A stretch of DNA of 64,000 nucleotides from Gammaproteobacteria bacterium (GCA_028068195.1 JAPTTX010000025.1:1799-65798), one strand, 5' to 3'; positions 43,346-51,577 are shown, counted from the stretch's first letter. The notes: generated by a model from the sequence alone, not told the origin. A program made the numbers and translations.

Positions 43346-44011
43346 ATGACATTCCGTGGCCGATCGTGGTTTCACGTCATTTTGTTGGCCAGCATGATTG
43401 TGATGTTCGCGGGTTGCGCTACCACCGCCAACTACGAAAAAATCCTACAAAGCTGGGTAGGTGGTTCCGAAGACGATCTTGTCCAGGCTTGGGGCCCGCC
43501 ACAAAGCAGCTATCCGCTTTCTAGCGGAGGAAAGGTCATCGAGTACATCAGGCGGTCAAGCGTGACGTCTGGTGGATATATTCACTATGTTCCCGTAACG
43601 ACGAACAATAATGGCATGGTTAACATCTATGGTAGTAACGGTGGCTACGCCAATGGCAATTATTCAGGTACTAGCACGACATACGTCCCTGAAAGATCCC
43701 CCACGTACACCATGCACTTTGTGTGCATTACGGATTTCACGGTCGATGCGGCTGGGATTATTCGTGCATGGAGCTGGAAGGGAAACGCTTGCAGGGCGCG
43801 GGCCGATGATACCGGAAGCGCAGAAAATGGGACTCAAAGGGCAACCGACCTCGTAAAGTTGAAACAGGACCATGGGAATGCACCGGAACGACAAGACGCG
43901 AATGCGTCTATGTCACCGACTTCTCGAGGCGTTAATAACATGGAAAAACACGACAAGGAAGAACGCGATCTCTATCGTTACTACATAAACGCTGGGAGTC
44001 CGTCGAAATAG
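43346..44011 (+). CDS. Hypothetical lipoprotein (element cargo)
   Basis: AAGGAGG RBS; signal peptide ending FAGC lipobox; SWVG...WGPP motif; AT-richer than host genes. Confidence 0.75.
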   Translation: MTFRGRSWFHVILLASMIVMFAGCATTANYEKILQSWVGGSEDDLVQAWGPPQSSYPLSSGGKVIEYIRRSSVTSGGYIHYVPVTTNNNGMVNIYGSNGGYANGNYSGTSTTYVPERSPTYTMHFVCITDFTVDAAGIIRAWSWKGNACRARADDTGSAENGTQRATDLVKLKQDHGNAPERQDANASMSPTSRGVNNMEKHDKEERDLYRYYINAGSPSK

Positions 44012-44050
44012 ATTCCAGCTTTCAAGGGCCGCGCAACGAGAGGGCGCGAC

Positions 44051-44638
44051 ATGAAGAAAGAATCAACAGCCATCAGCAAGTGGAATAAACGCCTAGCCAA
44101 AGCAATCAAAGCGCTGCCGGATCGTTCGGAACGCTGCCCTGTACCTAAGAAACGCCGTCCCAAAATACCGAAGACATCGGAAGGCCGACTTGCGCGTGCC
44201 TATCGAATCTTGGCTGAAAATGAGTGCTTGGGAATGGTGCGAGATTTCGAAAGATGCCAGCTTACCCCACCGATGGACAATCCACTTGCCGCCCTCTTTC
44301 TTTTCATCGCTGCCGGCGAATACCCACCTCCCGAACTACTGCTTGCGCTACGTGAAGGCTGGCGCGAGTACATCGCTGCCGGTGGCAGCAAGTCGCTCGA
44401 AGAAACCCTTATCTGGAGGCCGACAGAGCGCCGGGGCAACTATGCTGCTCACCTGCGGCGGGAATATGAAATGCTGCGTGTTGATCTGATGCTAATCAGG
44501 ACCCGGACAGAGGGCCGCAGTCAGCACAAGATCCTTGAAGACCTGCGCCCGAAAAAAGACGCTGACACGCTGTTACGTGAATGGCGCAGATGGAAGCGCG
44601 AACGGATGAAGCGGCACGGAGTAACGCCGGACAAATAA
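44051..44638 (+). CDS. Hypothetical protein, possible DNA-binding regulator
   Basis: 195-aa ORF upstream of alpA; basic helical C-terminus; function inferred only. Confidence 0.6.
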   Translation: MKKESTAISKWNKRLAKAIKALPDRSERCPVPKKRRPKIPKTSEGRLARAYRILAENECLGMVRDFERCQLTPPMDNPLAALFLFIAAGEYPPPELLLALREGWREYIAAGGSKSLEETLIWRPTERRGNYAAHLRREYEMLRVDLMLIRTRTEGRSQHKILEDLRPKKDADTLLREWRRWKRERMKRHGVTPDK

Positions 44639-44681
44639 CATATCTTCTCGTCCGTGAAATCTGGCACCGCATAGCGCACGC

Positions 44682-44710
44682 TGGAACTACTTAACCAATA
44701 GGTAGTTCCA
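44682..44710. promoter_or_regulatory. Perfect 9-bp inverted repeat abutting the alpA start
   Basis: TGGAACTAC-N11-GTAGTTCCA, followed immediately by ATG 44711. Confidence 0.6.
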
Positions 44711-44959
44711 ATGACACCAAATGCCAGATTCCTGAGCGATAGACAAATTTGCGAACTGTTGGATGAGGGTCGATCGACGCTCTATCGATCCCGCAAGGAT
44801 GGTGTCTTCGTCCAGTCGGTGAAAATTGGCCCGCGAGCTACGCGCACTCCGGATTACGAAGTTGCTGCGATTATGCAAGCGCGAATCGCCGGAAAAACGG
44901 ATGAGGAAATTCGTAACCTCGTGGTTGAGCTTATGGCGGCGCGCCGGAGCGCAGCATGA
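44711..44959 (+). CDS. alpA: AlpA-family transcriptional regulator/excisionase
   Basis: FLSDRQICELLDEGRSTLY...DGVFVQSVKIGPRA HTH pattern; 82 aa. Confidence 0.85.
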   Translation: MTPNARFLSDRQICELLDEGRSTLYRSRKDGVFVQSVKIGPRATRTPDYEVAAIMQARIAGKTDEEIRNLVVELMAARRSAA

Positions 44960-46434
44960 CCGCCGGCGCCTTGCACCTTGTTGTGCCAGATCAAGCGCGG
45001 GCCGTGGATTTTCTGGCCACGCTTTCACCGATTGAGTACGACAGGAGGCGTGACGCGCTGGCTGATGTGCTAAGTTGTCGCGTCTCATCGCTCGACACCG
45101 AGGTGGCACAGCGCCGCCCACAGGCCGCTGCCCAAGACGGCGGCCAAGGGCGAGCGTTCACGATCACGGAACCCGAGCCGTGGCCGCATCCGGTGGACGG
45201 CGCGGCCCTGCTTGATGAGCTGGCGTCGGTGTTCAGACGCTTCGTCGTCCTGCCGGATCACGGCGACACCATCGCGGCTCTGTGGGCGCTTCACTCATAC
45301 GCATTCGATCGAGGGCACATCACACCGATTCTTGTAATTGACTCGCCAGAGAAAGGCTGCGGAAAGACTACGCTTCGTGATGTTCTGGCACAGCTAGTAC
45401 GGTCCGCACTCTCGACCGACGGCATATCGTCCGCTGCGGTATTCAGGATCATCGAAAAATGGCGGCCCACGCTGCTGCTCGATGATTTCGACTCGTGGGG
45501 CCGAGAAAATGAGGAGCTGCGCGGTGTTCTGAACACAGGCTATCGGAAAGGCGGCGCATACGTCCGTTGCGTCGGAGATGACAGCGAGCCACGCGGCTTC
45601 CTCACCTTTGCCCCAAAGTGCATTAACCTGATCGGTCGCTTGCATCCCACGTTGCATGACCGCGCCGTCACCATCACTATGCGCCGCAAACTTCGCGGCG
45701 AGGCGGTGGAATCACTGCACGGCTTTGACGGCGAGGAACTGCGCCGCAAATGTGCGCGGTTAGTTCAGGACAACGGACATCACATTGAGGTGGGCAATCC
45801 GGCGATGCCGCAAGGTTTGTTCAACCGGCAAGCGGATAACTGGCGTCCGCTATTGGTGCTCGCCGAGATTGCCGGCGGCCAGTGGCCCGAGAAGGCACGG
45901 CGTGCGGCACTGGCGGCAGTGAACTCGAACACTGATAACGAATCCCTAGGCGTTGCGCTGCTAGCGGATATCAGGGAAATTTTTGGGGCGCGATCCGCTG
46001 ATCGGCTGCCGACCGATATGCTAATCCGGCACCTTGTCGCCATCGAAGAAAAACCCTGGGGGGATCTTCGTGGTAACCCGATCGATTCCCGGAGCCTAGC
46101 GCGGCTGCTGAGGCCATTTGGGATCCTGCCCGGCACAATCCGGATAGGCGAAAAGACGGTTAAGGGATATCATCTCGACCGCTTCGAGGATGCCTTTGGC
46201 CGGTACTTGGCCTCTGAATCCGTCACAACGTCACAGCCCTGCAAAACAAGCCATTTTCTCGAAAATTCATCCGTAACACGATCCACGCCCGTGACGGATC
46301 GAAATGCTGAAAACGCCCTTAAAAATGGGCATTGTGACGCTGTGACGGATACCGACCCCTTCCCGCCCGAGGAAGGAGACCCAGGCCCATTTGGGGATGC
46401 AGTAGCTGTGCGACCGCGCAAGGTGGCCATGTGA
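44956..46434 (+). CDS. DUF3631-type replication ATPase/helicase-like protein
   Basis: EPWPHPVDG, Walker A SPEKGCGKT, Walker B LLLDDFD, RQADNWRPL, KGY...FEDAFGRYL; ATGA overlap with alpA. Confidence 0.8.
   Translation: MTAGALHLVVPDQARAVDFLATLSPIEYDRRRDALADVLSCRVSSLDTEVAQRRPQAAAQDGGQGRAFTITEPEPWPHPVDGAALLDELASVFRRFVVLPDHGDTIAALWALHSYAFDRGHITPILVIDSPEKGCGKTTLRDVLAQLVRSALSTDGISSAAVFRIIEKWRPTLLLDDFDSWGRENEELRGVLNTGYRKGGAYVRCVGDDSEPRGFLTFAPKCINLIGRLHPTLHDRAVTITMRRKLRGEAVESLHGFDGEELRRKCARLVQDNGHHIEVGNPAMPQGLFNRQADNWRPLLVLAEIAGGQWPEKARRAALAAVNSNTDNESLGVALLADIREIFGARSADRLPTDMLIRHLVAIEEKPWGDLRGNPIDSRSLARLLRPFGILPGTIRIGEKTVKGYHLDRFEDAFGRYLASESVTTSQPCKTSHFLENSSVTRSTPVTDRNAENALKNGHCDAVTDTDPFPPEEGDPGPFGDAVAVRPRKVAM
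46218..46350. repeat. Symmetric iteron-like array (putative element replication origin)
   Basis: CGTCACA x2, CGTAACA, then inverted CGTGACG, TGTGACG x2, with equal 36-nt spacers either side of centre 46284. Confidence 0.7.
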
Positions 46435-46739
46435 GCGCCGCGCTCGCCATCAAGAGCGAGGCCGCACGCCGGGGCATCCGGTTGTGGATCGACGGAGGCC
46501 GGCTTATTGCCGAGGGTCCGCTATCGGATCAGTTCATCGAGCGGCTGCGTGCAAACAAGTCCGAACTCATGGCGCTGCTGCGGCCGCGCATGGCGGTCTA
46601 TCAGTACCGTCTTGTCGACACGCCGACCACCTGGCTGTTCTACCTGGCCCCGGGCCTCGACCTTGCCGGGGCGGAACATGCTTTGCGGGCACGCTACGAA
46701 GCGCGACTGCTGGAGGTGCGACCGCATGACGCGCCCTGA
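46431..46739 (+). CDS. Small hypothetical protein, TubC N-terminal docking-domain-like
   Basis: RRGIRLWIDGGRL...LRANKSELMALL pattern; GTGA overlap with the rep gene. Confidence 0.6.
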   Translation: MSAALAIKSEAARRGIRLWIDGGRLIAEGPLSDQFIERLRANKSELMALLRPRMAVYQYRLVDTPTTWLFYLAPGLDLAGAEHALRARYEARLLEVRPHDAP

Positions 46740-46856
46740 CATATCGCAACACGAGATACAAGAATCGCCGATGGCTCGTCTCTACCGGAGAGACGCGGCT
46801 TGTCCCGCCGCTGGGCCGTCGGCACCCACGTTCACCCCAACCCCGAGGAATGACCG

Positions 46857-47270
46857 ATGAATAATAGACGCGATCCCGAGCAACTGGCCGATCCCCTCAA
46901 CATGGAAGGCTCGCCGCAGGAAATTTTGATGAAGTCTGAAAAGTTGAAACCGCTATCGCCAACATTTCGCGATGTCAGGTTGCAGGGGCTAGATCCCGCG
47001 ACTTTGGGCGAGATCGCCAAGGCAATTGTCCGGGACGTCAGTCCGCGCTTGGGGGATTCGGGGAAACTGATCGAATATAGCTGGAGGGATAAAACTGGCC
47101 GCGAAGTCTCGAAATTTGTTGGCGACATCGGATCGTGGATGCGGCCGTACATGGCCAAGCCGCGCATCTGTCGGCTTAATTTGCGCCCCGGCCAGCGAAA
47201 GGAAACCGTGACGATTCCAGTTGGCCATCACGCCGTGGTCGTCCCAGATGAACCGCGGAACAAGCGCTAA
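46857..47270 (+). CDS. Hypothetical protein (element)
   Basis: 137-aa ORF with GAGGA RBS, co-oriented in the alpA-rep operon. Confidence 0.6.
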   Translation: MNNRRDPEQLADPLNMEGSPQEILMKSEKLKPLSPTFRDVRLQGLDPATLGEIAKAIVRDVSPRLGDSGKLIEYSWRDKTGREVSKFVGDIGSWMRPYMAKPRICRLNLRPGQRKETVTIPVGHHAVVVPDEPRNKR

Positions 47271-47281
47271 GGCCGCCCGAA

Positions 47282-47545
47282 ATGGCACGCAAACAACAGG
47301 TTCCAGCATGTCCTACCCCGCCCGTCATTTCGCGAAATTTGCTGCGGCTGGAGTCGATCGCGAAAGAGCTTGGCCGGATCTACCGTGCCATGCGTCGGGG
47401 CGAGATCGAGACACAGGACGGCACGCGCCTGGCGTACGTGTTACGCCAGCTTTCGGACGTGCTGGAACTGCTGCAACTAGAGGCGCGCATTACCGCGCTG
47501 GAAAATCAGACGGCCGAGGAATCTGACTATGGCAATGAATCTTGA
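47282..47545 (+). CDS. Hypothetical helical protein (element)
   Basis: 87 aa; RRGEI...LEARITALE coiled-coil end; 11 nt after the previous ORF. Confidence 0.65.
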   Translation: MARKQQVPACPTPPVISRNLLRLESIAKELGRIYRAMRRGEIETQDGTRLAYVLRQLSDVLELLQLEARITALENQTAEESDYGNES

Positions 47546-47888
47546 AGGCCGGGTGCGCCGGCTTGAGCAACGGCACCCGGAAGGCGGGGAATGTTTTTTT
47601 CTGAATATCGGGCTCGTGCCCGATGCCATCGCGACAAGCTCGTGGCGCGATGATCCAGAAGGCGGCCCGCCCCTCGTGCGAGGCGACACAGAAAGCCCGC
47701 GTGCTTTTTGCCGGCGCGTGATTCGGGCCGCACGTCGAAACGGCGCAACCGTTGGTTACATCTCCGTTCCACCGACAGACACTGCCATGTTGCAAGCAAT
47801 TAAGTCCGATGGGCGCCTTCTCGGGCCTATGGTCTTTGGTCTGATCGATCCGGATGGCGACATTGATGGGAGAGGATCGGCGTCTTAG
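47529..47888 (+). CDS. Hypothetical protein (element)
   Basis: 119 aa; overlaps the previous ORF; GAGGA RBS. Confidence 0.55.
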   Translation: MAMNLEGRVRRLEQRHPEGGECFFLNIGLVPDAIATSSWRDDPEGGPPLVRGDTESPRAFCRRVIRAARRNGATVGYISVPPTDTAMLQAIKSDGRLLGPMVFGLIDPDGDIDGRGSAS

Positions 47889-47916
47889 GCCCGCCGCAAC
47901 GAACTGGTGACATCAA

Positions 47917-48012
47917 TTGACAAACTTTGTACCATGTGCTGTAAATTGGTTCGGCTGCGCGATTTATACAAATAAAACACTGAGTTATAATGAACCTGCA
48001 ATGGCGTATAAT
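47917..48012 (+). promoter_or_regulatory. AT-rich sigma70-like promoter region for the cargo operon
   Basis: TTGACA 47917-47922; TATAAT 47986-47991 and 48007-48012; exact -35/-10 pairing unresolved. Confidence 0.5.
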
Positions 48013-48067
48013 GATTTATATGATGATTTATAAATTCGTCCTCTCGCAACCAATCAAATGGTAACCA

Positions 48068-48814
48068 ATGACTAGGCTGTTACCTCCGGAGAAGCTTAAG
48101 GACGATTGTATCCTTGAGGCGATATGCGAAGTACGTTTTGATACAAGCGAGCAACCGGAAATTGTTATTGGTCGATTGAGCGACCAAGATCCTTGGAAGG
48201 ACTTTTCCAAGGGGCGACTCCCTACTGCCGAAATCCCAGCATCACTCAGAGCAGTTAATGAACAACTAAGATACCAACCTGTTTTGCAATTACGTAGTGC
48301 TGATGGTGCATCTCTCCTAAAGGTTGGCAGCAATGTTGTTTCTTACCACAGCGTCGATAAGTACTGTGGTTGGAAGCAGTTTCAACCCGCCCTTATTTCG
48401 GTTTTCGAGATGCTGTTTGCGTGTGTCAAAGATGCTGCGATTAATAAGATTGGATTTCGTTACGTTAACGCTATCACATCCAACCGACATTATATTGCGG
48501 ATGTTAATAGTCTTGATTTAAACGTTGAGGTGAATGGTGAAGAATTGGGCGAACCAATTAACCTGAACTACCTTGTGAAGAATGATGATGCACACGCGAC
48601 CATGACTCGAATTGCGTCCCCGTATTTTGTACAAGGCGCCTTACCGAAGGATACAACGGTTGTAGTGGACATCGATGTTTCATCCCCAGCACATTTTCAA
48701 GTGAAAGAAACGAGCGCCGCAGTCGCCTGGGTTGAGACAGCTCATAAATTTGAGAAAGAGGCTTTTTTCAAGCTCATACCTAGCGAAATCTTGGAAAAAC
48801 TCGTGGAGAAATAG
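48068..48814 (+). CDS. TIGR04255-like protein
   Basis: LEAICEVRF, YCGWKQF, KIGFRYVN, VDIDV, H...F C-terminal pattern recalled as typical of TIGR04255; low GC. Confidence 0.75.
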   Translation: MTRLLPPEKLKDDCILEAICEVRFDTSEQPEIVIGRLSDQDPWKDFSKGRLPTAEIPASLRAVNEQLRYQPVLQLRSADGASLLKVGSNVVSYHSVDKYCGWKQFQPALISVFEMLFACVKDAAINKIGFRYVNAITSNRHYIADVNSLDLNVEVNGEELGEPINLNYLVKNDDAHATMTRIASPYFVQGALPKDTTVVVDIDVSSPAHFQVKETSAAVAWVETAHKFEKEAFFKLIPSEILEKLVEK

Positions 48815-48816
48815 AT

Positions 48817-49077
48817 ATGCTACTAGGACCCACATGCGCCTCTGCAATATGTTTTGCGCCGGAGTTGGATCTTTATAGCCTGTCAGGTACGGAAAGAGCC
48901 GAGATACGGCAGGCTGCTCCGCCAAAAGCGAGTCACTTTATTAATGTCCAATATATCGTGATTTCCTCTAGAGGGATGCCAACTCGATATCTTACTGAAC
49001 GTGAACAGAGTGCGTTGGATCGCGCACTCTATAAATCAATCAGGATTGTCGGCAGAGGAAGACAAACTAGGACTTGA
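48817..49077 (+). CDS. Small hypothetical protein (cargo operon, middle gene)
   Basis: 86 aa; starts 2 nt after the TIGR04255-like stop with GGAG RBS; ends 9 nt before the next ORF. Confidence 0.55.
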   Translation: MLLGPTCASAICFAPELDLYSLSGTERAEIRQAAPPKASHFINVQYIVISSRGMPTRYLTEREQSALDRALYKSIRIVGRGRQTRT

Positions 49078-49086
49078 TCAAGCCGA

Positions 49087-49644
49087 ATGGATTTCGATAC
49101 AGCCTATGGCCATCTGAAGAATCACTTACGGGTTGATCCGGGACGGTTTTACTATGGCGGTACGGGACTAAGCTTGGGTGTAGGTCAATTTTATTTGGAT
49201 GTCCACTTTCCCATTTTTAACGAAGATGACCAATCATTCGACACAGCTATCGGCATCGCTTATATACTTACCCACGAATGTGATATCGATCAAAATAATA
49301 GGCGCCCATTTAATACTTATCTTTTGATTTGCCCAGTTATAGATTTTCGAAATTTTGTCACGGAGCTTCAGCCATTATTTTCTGAAAGCGATTTCATCAG
49401 TTTTCTTGCCCGTGTTGGTAAAAGAGAAGTCTCGCGCCTAATCTACATTCCTCATTATCAGCCGCACCTCCCTTATGGCGGTTTGCTTTACCTTAACCGC
49501 ATAACACACACGCACGTCAACGTCTTTGCAAATGAAAGCGTGAAACGGATATGTTCCGTTACAAATTATGGATTGAAGGAGATCGATGCCGCGTTAGAGA
49601 ATCACTTGCTGAGGCCAAAGGACGAACAGCTGGCTGGTACTTAA
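49087..49644 (+). CDS. Hypothetical protein with ILTHECD...ICPV motif (possible PemK/MazF-like fold)
   Basis: 185-aa low-GC ORF; fold assignment is inference from motif spacing. Confidence 0.7.
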   Translation: MDFDTAYGHLKNHLRVDPGRFYYGGTGLSLGVGQFYLDVHFPIFNEDDQSFDTAIGIAYILTHECDIDQNNRRPFNTYLLICPVIDFRNFVTELQPLFSESDFISFLARVGKREVSRLIYIPHYQPHLPYGGLLYLNRITHTHVNVFANESVKRICSVTNYGLKEIDAALENHLLRPKDEQLAGT

Positions 49645-49874
49645 AGCGACGCAGCAGCACGAGTCCGGAGACCACCGCTTCATCAGCGGCTGCTGTCAGC
49701 GCATGTGACGGTGCAAGCGACGACTTGGTACTGTGCTCTTGGTTGACTAGGGAGGCTGCTCAGGACCAGGCAGTAGTCACGCCATAATGGGTAAGGGAAA
49801 TTGCGGAATAGACACTAATCGCGCCTCTAGCCGGCCAACGTCCATGAATGAATTAATAATGGTGCAGCTTTCAT

Positions 49875-49894
49875 GGGGGTATATTTGGGGGTAT
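49875..49894 (+). repeat. Putative integrase arm-binding sites at the right end
   Basis: GGGGGTAT at 49875-49882 and 49887-49894, same 12-bp period as the left-end pair. Confidence 0.7.
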
Positions 49895-49938
49895 TGCTGT
49901 AATATATCGAAACATAATAAACATTAATTCAATATCTT

Positions 49939-50718
49939 ATGGCGTTATTCAAAATAGCCACCTGGAACGTGAACTCATTGTCCGTGCGCCTCGAGCAGGT
50001 GCTGGCTTGGCTCGCAAGCGAGCAGCCCGAGGTGCTGGCACTGCAGGAGACGAAGCTCACTGATGACAGGTTTCCGGCCTCCGCGATCAAGGAAGCCGGA
50101 TATCACGCGGTCTATTCAGGCCAAAAGGCGTATAACGGGGTTGCCCTCATCAGTCGCACGCCCGCGTCCGAGGTCGTTTTCGATATTCCGGGCTTACCGG
50201 ACCCGCAAAGGCGGGTACTCGGCGCATCCTGGGGCGGTTTGCGGATCCTGAATATCTACGTCCCGAATGGCGAATCGGTCGGCTCGGAAAAGTACAGTTA
50301 CAAGCTCAACTGGCTTTCGAAGCTATGCACCCATATCGAGCAGCAGATCGCCGGCAACCCGCACTTGGTGGTTCTTGGAGATTTCAACATCGCACCGGAG
50401 GAGCGCGATGTTTATGATCCGCAGTTATGGGAGGGGCGCGTTCTGTTCAGCGGTGCCGAGCGCGCCGCATTCCAGAAAATACTCGGCGCTGGTCTGTGCG
50501 ATACTTTTCGCCTGTTTGAGCAGCCAGAGCGGCAGTTCAGCTGGTGGGACTATCGGATGGGCGGCTTCCGCCGGAATCACGGCTTACGCATAGATCACAT
50601 ATTGGCCAGCCGGGCATTGTGTCAGCGCTGCAGGTCATGCCGCATTGACCGCGGGCCGCGCGCGCTGGAGCGTCCGTCCGACCATACGCCGGTGGTCGCG
50701 GAATTCGATCTCGGCTAG
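49939..50718 (+). CDS. xth: Exodeoxyribonuclease III
   Basis: KIATWNVNS, LQETK, YNGVA, GDFNIA, WWDYR, RIDH, SDH. Confidence 0.96.
   Translation: MALFKIATWNVNSLSVRLEQVLAWLASEQPEVLALQETKLTDDRFPASAIKEAGYHAVYSGQKAYNGVALISRTPASEVVFDIPGLPDPQRRVLGASWGGLRILNIYVPNGESVGSEKYSYKLNWLSKLCTHIEQQIAGNPHLVVLGDFNIAPEERDVYDPQLWEGRVLFSGAERAAFQKILGAGLCDTFRLFEQPERQFSWWDYRMGGFRRNHGLRIDHILASRALCQRCRSCRIDRGPRALERPSDHTPVVAEFDLG
49948..49964 (+). repeat. attR, inside xth codons 4-9
   Basis: TTCAAAATAGCCACCTG; core GCCACCTG shared with attL. Confidence 0.75.
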
Positions 50719-50740
50719 ACGCCGCGCTATGCGGCCGGTA

Positions 50741-51577
50741 CTACTGGTCCGATGCCGTCCGCAGACCGAACCCCCAGACATCCTTGAGAAGCTTGCCGAG
50801 GCCGGCATATTCCTGCGCGGTGGCGGGCACAAACCGGCGAGCCTTGAACTCGGCTAGCAGCATTCGTGCTGCCGCGCTGCCTTGCGGGGACAGGAGCGCA
50901 GCGGCAATGCGTGCCCGCAGTGCCAGCGGGATTCGCGGTCCGGCCGAAAATGCCTGGTTCGGCAATGGCTCGCTGTGGAAAATCACCCTCGCCGCGTGGA
51001 ATCGGGCGTTTATGTGCTGGTACAGCTTCGCCTGCATGATGGCGGCCGTGCATCGACCCGAGATAACCCCCTGGTAGGCCTGGGTGAACGTTCTCACGGC
51101 GACCACGTGCGGCTGGCGTGCCGGGTTCGTGAACTCGAACTGGATCGTAAGCGTGGCCAGATTGGGAGGGGCGAACCCGCATAGCGGATATCCCTCCAGA
51201 TCCTTGAGGCTGTGCACCGACTTGTTATTTTTTGCCACGATGACGACAAAGCTCAGACTCCCCGGCAGTTTTACCAGCGGGGTCCATCCGAATTTTGCCA
51301 TGCGCCAGCCGATGAACGCCGGTCCATCGAACACGATGTCATATGCCCCGCTGTGAATATCACTCTGATAAGACAGCCAGTTATCGACATACCGATAGGT
51401 GACTTTCTGTCCGGTGACCCGGCTGAGAAACCGCGCGATCGGGTCGTAGATCGCTTTGGCCTGGGTGATCGATTCCCGCGGCGGAGCGCCAAGTATCAAG
51501 TTGGCATAGGCCGGCACGCTGATCAGCGCGCAGATCAGAAGCAGAAACGCGCGCTTGGATTTTTTGGCCCAGTTCAT
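50741..51577 (-). CDS. PhnD/SsuA-like periplasmic substrate-binding protein (orphan)
   Basis: Signal peptide, YDPIARFLSRVTG, SLKDLEG, PLPNQAF; no ABC permease/ATPase adjacent. Confidence 0.75.
   Translation of the reverse strand: MNWAKKSKRAFLLLICALISVPAYANLILGAPPRESITQAKAIYDPIARFLSRVTGQKVTYRYVDNWLSYQSDIHSGAYDIVFDGPAFIGWRMAKFGWTPLVKLPGSLSFVVIVAKNNKSVHSLKDLEGYPLCGFAPPNLATLTIQFEFTNPARQPHVVAVRTFTQAYQGVISGRCTAAIMQAKLYQHINARFHAARVIFHSEPLPNQAFSAGPRIPLALRARIAAALLSPQGSAAARMLLAEFKARRFVPATAQEYAGLGKLLKDVWGFGLRTASDQ

Larger units (their letters stand above)
41658..49964. mobile_element. Integrative element (P4-type integrase, phage-satellite/PICI-like) inserted in the 5' end of xth
   Basis: Direct repeat GCCACCTG at 41658-41665 and 49957-49964 (14/17 identity when extended); GGGGGTAT repeats near both ends; int-alpA-rep gene set; AT-rich cargo. 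Confidence 0.85.

Noticed and set aside
41658-49964. Complete prophage or ICE
   Set aside because: Only 8.3 kb, with no recognisable capsid, terminase large subunit, tail, lysis, relaxase or T4SS genes
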